Assembly: GCF_025612915.1 (NCBI RefSeq)
Contig: NC_069115.1
Location: 25,855,757-25,919,756 of the forward strand
Length of the DNA: 64,000 nt
Direction: 5' to 3'
Source: Crassostrea angulata
Taxonomy: Eukaryota
Shown here: piece by piece, positions 52,501-64,000 of the stretch
Layout of the letters: each line of letters begins with the position of its first letter
Position numbering within the stretch: position 1 is the first letter of the stretch
The notes under the pieces: generated by a model
What the model saw: only the letters and a program-made list of their open reading frames with translations
What the model was told of the DNA's origin: nothing
Databases searched by the model: none
Position numbers and translations under genes: made by a program

Positions 52501-54300
52501 CACTACCTGAGGATGCTTCCATTTTAATTTGAGCTTTCCTGGCGTCATTGTTTTTGAGAAGAAAGTTTACAGATTTTCTCTATATATTCCTATGTAAAAC
52601 TTGATCCCCCTGCTGTGGCCCAACTCTACCCCTGGGGACCATGATTTGAACAAACTAAAATCTATACTACCAGAGGTTACTTCCATTTTAATTTGAGCTT
52701 TCCTGGCGTCATAGTTTTTGAGAAGAAAGTTGACAGATTTTCTCTATATATTCCTATGTAAAACTTGATCCCCCTACTGTGGCCCAACCCTACCCCCGGG
52801 GACCATGATTTGAACAAACTAAAATCTACACTACCTGAGGATGCTTCCATTTTAATTTGAGCATTCCTGGCGTCATAGTTTTTTTGATGAATGTTTAAAG
52901 ATTTTCTCTATATATTCCTAAGTAAAACTTGATCCCCCTACTGTGGCCCAAATCTACCCCCGGGGACCATGATTTGAACAAACTAAAATCTACACTACCT
53001 GAGGATGCTTCCATTTTAATTTGAGCTTTCCTGTCGTCATAGTTTTTTAGAAGAAAGTCTAAAGATTTTCTCTATATATTTCTATGTAAAACTTGATCCC
53101 CCTACTGTGGCCCTACCCTACCCCCGGGGACCATGATTTGAACAAACTTAAATCTACACTACCTGAGGATGCTTCCATTTTAATTTGAGCTTTCCTGGCG
53201 TCATAGTTTTTGAGAAGAAAGTTTACAGATTTTCTCTATATATTCCTATGTAAAACTTGATCCCCCTACTGTGGCCCAACCCTACCCCCGGGGACCATGA
53301 TTTGAACAAACTAAAATCTACACTACCTGAGGATGCTTCCATTTTAATTTGAGCTTTCCTGGCGTCATAGTTTTTTTGATGAATGTTTAAAGATTTTCTC
53401 TATATATTCCTAAGTAAAACTTGATCCCCCTACTGTGGCCCAAATCTACCCCCGGGGACCATGATTTGAACAAACTAAAATCTACACTACCTGAGGATGC
53501 TTCCATTTTAATTTGAGCTTTCCTGTCGTCATAGTTTTTTAGAAGAAAGTCTAAAGATTTTCTCTATATATTTCTATGTAAAACTTGATCCCCCCACTGT
53601 TGCCCTACCCTACCCCCGGGGACCATGATTTGAACAAACTTAAATCTACACTACCTGAGGATGCTTCCATTTTAATTTGAGCTTTCCTGGCGTCATAGTT
53701 TTTGAGAAGAAAGTTTAAAGATTTTTTGTATATATTCCTAAGTAAAACTTGATCCCCCTACTGTGGCCCTACCATACATCCGGGGACCATGATTTGAACA
53801 AACAAGAATATTCACTTCCTGAGGATGCTTCCATTTTAATTTGAGCTTTCCTGGCGTCATAGTTTTTGAGAAGAAAGTTTAAAGATTTTCTCTATATATT
53901 CCTATGTAAAACTTGATCCCCCTACTGTGGCCCAACTCTACCCCCGGGGACCATGATTTGAACAAACTAAAATCTATACTACCAGAGGATACTTCCATTT
54001 TAATTTGAGCTTTCCTGGCGTCATAGTTTTTGAGAAGAAAGTTGACAGATGTTCTCTATATATTCCTATGTAAAACTTGATCCCCCTACTGTGGCCCAAC
54101 CCTACCCCCGGGGACCATAATTTGAACAAAGAAGAATATTCACTTTCTGATAATGCTTCCATTTTAATTTGAGCTTTCCTGGCGTCATAGTTTTTGAAAA
54201 GAAAGTTTACAGATTTTCTCTATATATTCTTATGTAAAACTTGATCCCCCTACTGTGGCCCAACTCTACCCCCGGGGACCATAATTTGAACAAACTAAAA
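49600..54300. repeat. Copy A of a second large duplication. It starts at an offset of ~7653 bp relative to 57255-61460, with a 3-monomer indel
   Basis: The rare variant 'gttttgtacaatcttaaatc' at 49731 recurs at ~57391 (7660-bp offset). The truncated monomer at 50843 recurs at 58495. ORFs 50856/58509, 51471/59124 and 51840/59493 are identical at a 7653-bp offset. After about 53200 the offset drops to 7161 bp, because copy A has ~490 bp extra. Confidence 0.75.
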
Positions 54301-57254
54301 TCTACACTACCTGAGGATGCTTCCATTTTAATTTGAGCTTTCCTGGCGTCATAGTTTTTGAGAAGAAAGTTTACAGATTGTCTGTATATATTCCTAAGTA
54401 AAAATTGATCCCCCTACTGTGGCCCTACCCTACCCCCGGGGACCATGATTTGAACAAACTAAAATCTACACTACCTGAGGATGCTTCCATTTTAATTTGA
54501 GCTTTCTCGGCGCCATAGTTTTTTAGAAGAATGTTTACAGATTTTCTCTATATATTCCTATGTAAAACTTGATCCCTTTACTGTGGCTCAACCCTACCCC
54601 CGGGGTTCATGATTTGAACAAACTAGAATCTACACTACCTAACGATAATTCCATTTTAATTTGAGCTTTCCTTGCGTCATAGTTTTTGAAAAGAAAGTTT
54701 ACAGATTTTCTCTATATATTCCTAAGTAAAACTTGATCCCCCTACTGTGGCCCAACCCTACCCCCGGGGACCATGATTTGAACAAACTAAAATCTATACT
54801 ACCTGAGGATGCTTCCATTTTTTTTTAGTTTGAGCTTTCCTGGCGTCATAGTTTTTGAGAAGAAAGTTTAAAGATTTTCTCTATATATTCCTATGTAAAA
54901 CTTGATCCCCCTACTGTGGCCCTACCCTACCCCCGGGGACCATGATTTGAACAAACTAAAATCTACACTACCTGAGGATGCTTCCATTTTAATTTGAGCT
55001 TTCCTGGCGTCATAGTTTTTTTGATGAATGTTTAAAGATTTTCTCTATATATTCCTAAGTAAAACTTGATCCCCCTACTGTGGCCCAAATCTACCCCCGG
55101 GGACCATGATTTGAACAAACTAAAATCTACACTACCTGAGGATGCTTCCATTTTAATTTGAGCTTTCCTGTCGTCATAGTTTTTTAGAAGAAAGTCTAAA
55201 GATTTTCTCTATATATTTCTATGTAAAACTTGATCCCCCTACTGTGGCCCTACCCTACCCCCGGGGACCATGTTTTGAACAAACTTAAATCTACACTACC
55301 TGAGGATGCTTCCATTTTAATTTGAGCTTTCCTGGCGTCATAGTTTTTGAGAAGAAAGTTTAAAGATTTTTTGTATATATTCCTATGGAAAACTTGATCC
55401 CCCTACTGTGGCCCTACCCTACATCCGGGGACCATGATTTGAACAAACAAGAATATTCACTTCCTGAGGATGCTTCCATTTTAATTTGAGCTTTCCTGGC
55501 GTCATAGTTTTTGAGAAGAAAGTTTAAAGATTTTCTCTATATATTCCTATGTAAAACTTGATCCCCCTACTGTGGCCCAACTCTACCCCCGGGGACCATG
55601 ATTTGAACAAACTAAAATCTATACTACCAGAGGATACTTCCATTTTAATTTGAGCTTTCCTGGCGTCATAGTTTTTGAGAAGAAAGTTGACAGATTTTCT
55701 CTATATATTCCTATGTAAAACTTGATCCCCCTACTGTGGCCCAACCCTACCCCCGGGGACCATAATTTGAACAAACAAGAATATTCACTTTCTGATAATG
55801 CTTCCATTTTAATTTGAGCTTTCCTGGCGTCATAGTTTTTGAAAAGAAAGTTTACAGATTTTCTCTATATATTCTTATGTAAAACTTGATCCCCCTACTG
55901 TGGCCCAACCCTACCCCCGGGGACCATGATTTGAACAAACTAAAATCTACACTACCTGAGGATGCTTCCATTTTAATTTGAGCTTTCTTGGCGTCATAGT
56001 TTTTGAGAAGAAAGTTTAAAGATTTTCTCTATACATTCCTATGTAAAAGTTGAACCCCCTACTGTGGCCCAAACCTACGCCCCCGGGGACCATGATTTGA
56101 ACAAACTAAAATCTTCTCTACCTGAGGATGCTTCCATTTTAATTTGAGCTTTCCTGGCGCCATAGTTTTTGAGAAGAAAGTTTAAAGATTTTCTCTATAT
56201 ATTCCTATGTAAAACTTGATCCCCCTACTGTGGCCCAACCCTACCCCCGGGGACCATAATTTGAACAAAATAAAACCTACACTACCTGAGGATGCTTCCA
56301 TTTTAATTTGAGCTTTCCTGGCGTCATTGTTTTTGAGAAGAAAGTTTACAGATTTTCTCTATATATTCCTATGTAAAACTTGATCCCCCTACTGTGCAAA
56401 CTAAAATCTACACTACCTGAGGATGCTTCCATTTTAATTTGAGCTTTCCTGGCGTCATAGTTTTTGAGAAGAAAGTTTACAGATTTTTTCTATATATTCC
56501 TATGTAAAACTTGATCCCCCTACTGTGGCCCTACCCTACCCCCGGGGACCATGATTTGAACAAACTAAAATCTACACTACCTGAGGATGCTTCCATTTTA
56601 ATTTGAGCTTTCTCGGCGCCATAGTTTTTTAGAAGAATGTTTAAAGATTTTCTCTATATATTCCTATGTAAAACTTGATCCCCCTACTGTGGCTCAACCC
56701 TACCCCCGGGGTTCATGATTTGAACAAACTAGAATCTACACTACCTGACGATAATTCCATTTTAATTTGAGCTTTCCTTGCGTCATAGTTTTTGAAAAGA
56801 AAGTTTACAGATTTTCTCTATATATTCCTAAGTAAAACTTGATCCCCCTACTGTGGCCCAACCCTACCCCCGGGGACCATGATTTGAACAAACTAAAATC
56901 TATACTACCTGAGGATGCTTCCATTTTAGTTTGAGCTTTCCTGGCGTCATAGTTTTTGAGAAGAAAGTTTAAAGATTTTCTCTATATATTCCTATGTAAA
57001 ACTTGATCCCCCTACTGTGGCCCTACCCTACCCCCGGGGACCATGATTTGAACAAACTAAAATCTACACTACCTGAGGATGCTTCCATTTTAATTTGAGC
57101 TTTCCTGGCGTCATAGTTTTTTTGATGAATGTTTAAAGATTTTCTCTATATATTCCTAAGTAAAACTTGATCCCCCTACTGTGGCCCAAATCTATCCCCG
57201 GGGACCATGATTTGAACAAACTAAAATCTACACTACCTGAGGATGCTTCCATTT

Positions 57255-60200
57255 TAATTTGAGCTTTCCTGTCGTCATAGTTTTTTAGAAGAAAGTCTAA
57301 AGATTTTCTCTATATATTTCTATGTAAAACTTGATCCCCCTACTGTGGCCCTACCCTACCCCCGGGGACCATGTTTTGAACAATCTTAAATCTACACTAC
57401 CTGAGGATGCTTCCATTTTAATTTGAGCTTTCCTGGCGTCATAGTTTTTGAGAAGAAAGTTTAAAGATTTTTTGTATATATTCCTATGTTAAACTTGATC
57501 CCCCTACTGTGGCCCTACCCTACATCCGGGGACCATGATTTGAACAAACAAGAATTTTCACTTCCTGAGGATGCTTCCATTTTAATTTGAGCTTTCCTGG
57601 CGTCATAGTTTTTGAGAAGAAAGTTTAAAGATTTTCTCTATATATTCCTATGTAAAACTTGATCCCCCTACTGTGGCCCAACTCTACCCCCGGGGACCAT
57701 GATTTGAACAAACTAAAATCTATACTACCAGAGGATACTTCCATTTTAATTTGAGCTTTCCTGGCGTCATAGTTTTTGAGAAGAAAGTTGACAGATTTTC
57801 TCTATATATTCCTATGTAAAACTTGATCCCCCTACTGTGGCCCAACCCTACCCCCGGGGACCATAATTTGAACAAACAAGAATATTCACTTTCTGATAAT
57901 GCTTCCATTTTAATTTGAGCTTTCCTGGCGTCATAGTTTTTGAAAAGAAAGTTGACAGATTTTCTCTATATATTCTTATGTAAAACTTGATCCCCCTACT
58001 GTGGCCCAACCCTACCCCCGGGGACCATGATTTGAACAAACTAAAATCTACACTACCTGAGGATGCTTCCATTTTAATTTGAGCTTTCTTGGCGTCATAG
58101 TTTTTTAGAAGAAAGTTTAAAGATTTTCTCTATACATTCCTATGTAAAAGTTGAACCCCCTACTGTGGCCCAAACCTACGCCCCCGGGGACCATGATTTG
58201 AACAAACTAAAATCTTCTCTACCTGAGGATGCTTCCATTTTAATTTGAGCTTTCCTGGCGCCATAGTTTTTTAGAAGAAAGTTTAAAGATTTTCTCTATA
58301 TATTCCTATGTAAAACTTGATCCCCCTACTGTGGCCCAACCCTACCCCCGGGGACCATGATTTGAACAAAATAAAACCTACACTACCTGAGGATGCTTCC
58401 ATTTTAATTTGAGCTTTCCTGGCGTCATTGTTTTTGAGAAGAAAGTTTACAAATTTTCTCTATATATTCCTATGTAAAACTTGATCCCCCTACTGTGCAA
58501 ACTAAAATCTACACTACCTGAGGATGCTTCCATTTTAATTTGAGCTTTCCTGGCGTCATAGTTTTTTTGAAGAATGTATAAAGATTTTCTCTATATATTC
58601 CTAAGTAAAACTTGATCCCCCTACTGTGGCCCAACCCTACCCCTGGGGACCATGATTTGAACAAACTAAAATCTACACTACCTGAGGATGCTTCCATTTT
58701 AATTTGAGCTTTCCTGGCGTCATAGTTTTTGAGAAGAAAGTTTAAAGATTTTCTCTATATATTCCTATGTAAAACTTGATCCCCCTACTGTGGCCCAACC
58801 CTACCCCCGGGGACCATGATTTGAACAAACTAAAATCTACACTACCTGAGGATGCTTCCATTTTAATTTGAGCTTTCCTGGCGTCATAGTTTTTTTGATG
58901 AATGTTTAAAGATTTTCTCTATATATTCCTAAGTAAAACTTGATCCCCCTACTGTGGCCCAAATCTACCCCCGGGGACCATGATTTGAACAAACTAAAAT
59001 CTACACTACCTGAGGATGCTTCCATTTTAATTTGAGCTTTCCTGTCGTCATAGTTTTTTAGAAGAAAGTCTAAAGATTTTCTCTATATATTTCTATGTAA
59101 AACTTGATCCCCCTACTGTGGCCCTACCCTACCCCCGGGGACCATGATTTGAACAAACTTAAATCTACACTACCTGAGGATGCTTCCATTTTAATTTGAG
59201 CTTTCCTGGCGTCATAGTTTTTGAGAAGAAAGTTTAAAGATTTTTTGTATATATTCCTAAGTAAAACTTGATCCCCCTGCTGTGGCCCTACCGTACATCC
59301 AGGGACCATGATTTGAACAAACAAGAATATTCACTTCCTGAGGATGCTTCCATTTGAATTTGAGCTTTCCTGGCGTCATAGTTTTTGAGAAGAAAGTTTA
59401 AAGATTTTCTCTATATATTCCTATGTAAAACTTGATCCCCCTACTGTGGCCAAACTCTATCCCTGGGGACCATGATTTGAACAAACTAAAATCTATACTA
59501 CCAGAGGATACTTCCATTTTAATTTGAGCTTTCCTGGCGTCATAGTTTTTGAGAAGAAAGTTGACAGATGTTCTCTATATATTCCTATGTAAAACTTGAT
59601 CCCCCTACTGTGGCCCAACCCTACCCCCGGGGACCATAATTTGAACAAACAAGAATATTCACTTTCTGATAATGCTTCCATTTTAATTTGAGCTTTCCTG
59701 GCGTCATAGTTTTTGAAAAGAAAGTTTACAGATTTTCTCTATATATTCTTATGTAAAACTTGATCCCCCTACTGTGGCCCAACCCTACCCCCGGGGACCA
59801 TGATTTGAATAAACTAAAATCTACACTACCTGAGGATGCTTCCATTTTAATTTGAGCTTTCTTGGCGTCATAGTTTTTGAGAAGAAAGTTTAAAGATTTT
59901 CTCTATATATTCCTATGTAAAAGTTGAACCCCCTACTGTGGCCCAAACCTACGCCCCCGGGGACCATGATTTGAACAAACTAAAATCTACTCTACCTGAG
60001 GATGCTTCCATTTTAATTTGAGCTTTCCTGGCGCCATAGTTTTTGAGAAGAAAGTTTAAAGATTTTCTCTATATATACCTATGTAAAACTTGATCCCCCT
60101 ACTGTGGCCCTACCCTACCCCTGGGGACCATGATTTGAACAAACTAAAATCTACACTACCTGAGGATGCTTCCATTTTAATTTGAGCTTTCCTGGCGTCA

Positions 60201-61460
60201 TTGTTTTTGAGAAGAAAGTTTACAGATTTTCTCTATATATTCCTATGTAAAACTTGATCCCCCTGCTGTGGCCCAACTCTACCCCTGGGGACCATGATTT
60301 GAACAAACTAAAATCTATACTACCAGAGGTTACTTCCATTTTAATTTGAGCTTTCCTGGCGTCATAGTTTTTGAGAAGAAAGTTGACAGATTTTCTCTAT
60401 ATATTCCTATGTAAAACTTGATCCCCCTACTGTGGCCCAACCCTACCCCCGGGGACCATGATTTGAACAAACTAAAATCAACACTACCTGAGGATGCTTC
60501 CATTTTAATTTCAGCTTTCCTGGCGTCATAGTTTTTTTGATGAATGTTTAAAGATTTTCTCTATATATTCCTAAGTAAAACTTGATCCCCCTACTGTGGC
60601 CCAAACCTACCCCCGGGGACCATGATTTGAACAAACTAAAATCTACACTACCTGAGGATGCTTCAATTTTAATTTGAGCTTTCCTGTCGTCATAGTTTTT
60701 TAGAAGAAAGTCTAAAGATTTTCTCTATATATTCCTAAGTAAAACTTGATCCCCCTACTGTGGCCCTACCCTACCCCTGGGGACTAGGATTTGAACAAAC
60801 TTAAATCTACACTACCTGAGGATGCTTCCATTTTAATTTGAGCTTTCCTGGCGTCATAGTTTTTGAGAAGAAAGTTTAAAGATTTTTTGTATATATTCCT
60901 AAGTAAAACTTGATCCCCCTACTGTGGCCCTACCGTACATCCGGGGACCATGATTTGAACAAACAAGAATATTCACTTCCTGAGGATGCTTCCATTTGAA
61001 TTTGAGATTTCCTGGCGTCATAGTTTTTGAGAAGAAAGTTTAAAGATTTTCTCTATATATTCCTATGTAAAACTTGATCCCCCTACTGTGGCCCAACTCT
61101 ACCCCCGGGGACCATGATTTGAACAAACTAAAATCTATACTACCAGAGGATACTTCCATTTTAATTTGAGCTTTCCTGGCGTCATAGTTTTTGAAAAGAA
61201 AGTTGACAGATTTTCTCTATATATTCCTATGTAAAACTTGATCCCCCTACTGTGGCCCAACCCTACCCCCGGGGACCATAATTTGAACAAACAAGAATAT
61301 TCACTTTCTGATAATGCTTCCATTTTAATTTGAGCTTTCCTGGCGTCATAGTTTTTGAAAAGAAAGTTTACAGATTTTCTCTATATATTCTTATGTAAAA
61401 CTTGATCCCCCTACTGTGGCCCAACCCTACCCCCGGGGACCAGGATTTGAACAAACTAAA
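57255..61460. repeat. Copy B of the second large duplication
   Basis: See copy A. Confidence 0.75.
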
Positions 61461-64000
61461 ATCTATACTACCTGAGGATACTTCCATTTTAATTTGAGCT
61501 TTCCTGGCGTCATAGTTTTTGAAAAGAAAGTTTACAGATTTTCTCTATATATTCTTATGTAAAACTTGATCCCCCTACTGTGGCCCAACCCTACCCCCGG
61601 GGACCATGATTTGAACAAACTAAAATCTACACTACCTGAGGATGCTTCCATTTTAATTTGAGCTTTCTTGGCGTCATAGTTTTTGAGAAGAAAGTTTAAA
61701 GATTTTCTCTATATATTCCTATGTAAAACTTGATCCCCCTACTGTGGCCCTACCCTACCCCGGGGACCATGATTTGAACAAACTAAAATCAACACTACCT
61801 GAGGATGCTTCCATTTTAATTTCAGCTTTCCTGGCGTCATAGTTTTTTTGATGAATGTTTAAAGATTTTCTCTATATATTCTTAAGTAAAACTTGATCCC
61901 CCTACTGTGGCCCGAACCTACCCCCGGGGACCATGATTTGAACAAACTAAAATCTACACTACCTGAGGATGCTTCCATTTTAATTTGAGCTTTCCTGTCA
62001 TCATAGTTTTTTAGAAGAAAGTCTAAAGATTTTCTCTATATATTTCTATGTAAAACTTGATCCCCCTACTGTGGCCCTACCCTACCCCCGGGGACCATGA
62101 TTTGAACAAACTTAAATCTACACTACCTGAGGATGCTTCCATTTTAATTTGAGCTTTCCTGGCGTCATAGTTTTTGAGAAGAAAGTTTACAGATTTTTTG
62201 TATATATTCCTAAGTGAAACTTGATCCCCCTGCTGTGGCCCTACCGTACATCCAGGGACCATGATTTGAACAAACAAGAATATTCACTTCCTGAGGATGC
62301 TTCCATTTGAATTTGAGCTTTCCTGGCGTCATAGTTTTTGAGAAGAAAGTTTAAAGATTTTCTCTATATATTCCTATGTAAAACTTGATCCCCCTACTGT
62401 GGCCAAACTCTATCCCTGGGGACCATGATTTGAACAAACTAAAATCTATACTACCAGAGGATACTTCCATTTTAATTTGAGCTTTCCTGGCGTCATAGTT
62501 TTTGAGAAGAAAGTTGACAGATGTTCTCTATATATTCCTATGTAAAACTTGATCCCCCTACTGTGGCCCAACCCTACCCCCGGGGACCATAATTTGAACA
62601 AACAAGAATATTCACTTTCTGATAATGCTTCCATTTTAATTTGAGCTTTCCTGGCGTCATAGTTTTTGAAAAGAAAGTTTACAGATTTTCTCTATATATT
62701 CTTATGTAAAACTTGATCCCCCTACTGTGGCCCAACCCTACCCCCGGGGACCAGGATTTGAACAAACTAAAATCTATACTACCTGAGGATACTTCCATTT
62801 TAATTTGAGCTTTCCTGGCGTCATAGTTTTTGAAAAGAAAGTTTACAGATTTTCTCTATATATTCTTATGTAAAACTTGATCCCCCTACTGTGGCCCAAC
62901 CCTACCCCCGGGGACCATGATTTGAACAAACTAAAATCTACACTACCTGAGGATGCTTCCATTTTAATTTGAGCTTTCTTGGCGTCATAGTTTTTGAGAA
63001 GAAAGTTTACAGATTTTCTCTATATATTCCTATGTAAAACTTGATCCCCCTACTGTGGCCCTACCCTACCCCCGGGGACCATGATTTGAACAAACTAAAA
63101 TCAACACTACCTGAGGATGCTTCCATTTTAATTTCAGTTTTCCTGGCGTCATAGTTTTTTTGATGAATGTTTAAAGATTTTCTCTATATATTCTTAAGTA
63201 AAACTTGATCCCCCTACTGTGGCCCGAACCTACCCCCGGGGACCATGATTTGAACAAACTAAAATCTACACTACCTGAGGATGCTTCCATTTTAATTTGA
63301 GCTTTCCTGTCATCATAGTTTTTTAGAAGAAAGTCTAAAGATTTTCTCTATATATTTCTATGTAAAACTTGATCCCCCTACTGTGGCCCTACCCTACCCC
63401 CGGGGACCATGATTTGAACAAACTTAAATCTACACTACCTGAGGATGCTTCCATTTTAATTTGAGCTTTCCTGGCGTCATAGTTTTTGAGAAGAAAGTTT
63501 ACAGATTTTTTGTATATATTCCTAAGTGAAACTTGATCCCCCTGCTGTGGCCCTACCGTACATCCAGGGACCATGATTTGAACAAACAAGAATATTCACT
63601 TCCTGAGGATGCTTCCATTTGAATTTGAGCTTTCCTGGCGTCATAGTTTTTGAGAAGAAAGTTTAAAGATTTTCTCTATATATTCCTATGTAAAACTTGA
63701 TCCCCCTACTGTGGCCAAACTCTATCCCTGGGGACCATGATTTGAACAAACTAAAATCTATACTACCAGAGGATACTTCCATTTTAATTTGAGCTTTCCT
63801 GGCGTCATAGTTTTTGAGAAGAAAGTTGACAGATGTTCTCTATATATTCCTATGTAAAACTTGATCCCCCTACTGTGGCCCAACCCTACCCCCGGGGACC
63901 ATAATTTGAACAAACAAGAATATTCACTTTCTGATAATGCTTCCATTTTAATTTGAGCTTTCCTGGCGTCATAGTTTTTGAAAAGAAAGTTTACAGATTT
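61100..64000. repeat. Recently homogenised 8-monomer HOR (1312 bp), at least 2.2 near-identical tandem copies, running off the window end
   Basis: The rare variant 'ccaggatttg' occurs at 61441 and 62751. ORFs 62077/63389 and 62446/63758 are identical, and 61135/62446 are offset by 1311-1312 bp. The same 8-mer block is also present at ~51450-52750 and ~59100-60400. Confidence 0.8.

Larger units (their letters stand above)
34740..64000. repeat. Same ~164-bp satellite, resuming in the same orientation and phase after the transposon. About 179 copies. It continues downstream of the window
   Basis: The monomer consensus is identical to 1-31677. The monomer interrupted at 31677 is completed at 34743 ('gaatctacactacctgacgataattcc'). 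Confidence 0.95.

Noticed and set aside
139-63946. Dozens of 60-94-aa minus-strand ORFs with near-identical translations (MEASSGSVDFSLFKSWSPGVG..., MFVQIMVPGC...)
   Set aside because: They recur only because the satellite monomer recurs. The 163/164-bp period is not a multiple of 3, so no frame persists across monomers. All of them terminate within about 1.2 monomers. The sequence is low-complexity with no domain-like features. They are repeat artefacts, not genes.
1-64000. Regular ~164-bp direct repeats could superficially suggest a CRISPR array
   Set aside because: The repeats are contiguous with no unique spacers. The unit is far longer than CRISPR repeats. The context is eukaryotic satellite, so this is not a CRISPR array.
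1-64000. Possible identity with a known ~166-bp bivalve (oyster Cg170/HindIII-type) satellite, based on monomer size and the 'GAGCTTTCC' motif one mismatch from a HindIII site
   Set aside because: I cannot recall the consensus reliably enough to match it. No AAGCTT site is present in the monomers. The taxonomic assignment is left open, and a BLAST or Dfam/Repbase search of the 164-bp consensus would settle it.

Overview
This window contains no recognisable genes. Almost all of it is one head-to-tail tandem satellite array from a eukaryote, probably an animal, and it extends past both window edges. The monomer is about 164 bp (163-164 bp by direct measurement). Consensus: CCATGATTTGAACAAACTAAAATCTACACTACCTGAGGATGCTTCCATTTTAATTTGAGCTTTCCTGGCGTCATAGTTTTTGAGAAGAAAGTTTAAAGATTTTCTCTATATATTCCTATGTAAAACTTGATCCCCCTACTGTGGCCCAACCCTACCCCCGGGGA. 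There are roughly 370 monomers (~193 left of the insertion, ~179 right), organised into nested higher-order repeats (HORs) and long near-identical segmental duplications: a 1.31 kb 8-mer, a ~2.59 kb 16-mer, a ~3.25 kb 20-mer, and ~7.65-7.67 kb 47-mers. The array is interrupted once, at 31678-34739, by a 3062-bp insertion. This has all the hallmarks of a non-autonomous CACTA/EnSpm (CMC-superfamily) DNA transposon. Its termini are 5'-CACTAC...GTAGTG-3'. It has ~255-bp terminal inverted repeats packed with ~10-bp CCCCTGTNNN subterminal repeats. It is flanked by a 3-bp target-site duplication (CTA), and the interrupted monomer reads straight through once the element is removed. The element's interior is AT-rich and has no long ORF. 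It carries (GA)n/(CT)n microsatellites and internal duplications. The short recurrent ORFs in the six-frame track are artefacts of the repeat, not genes. I found no prokaryotic features, no RNA genes and no protein-coding system. The window looks like (peri)centromeric or heterochromatic satellite DNA with one transposon insertion.
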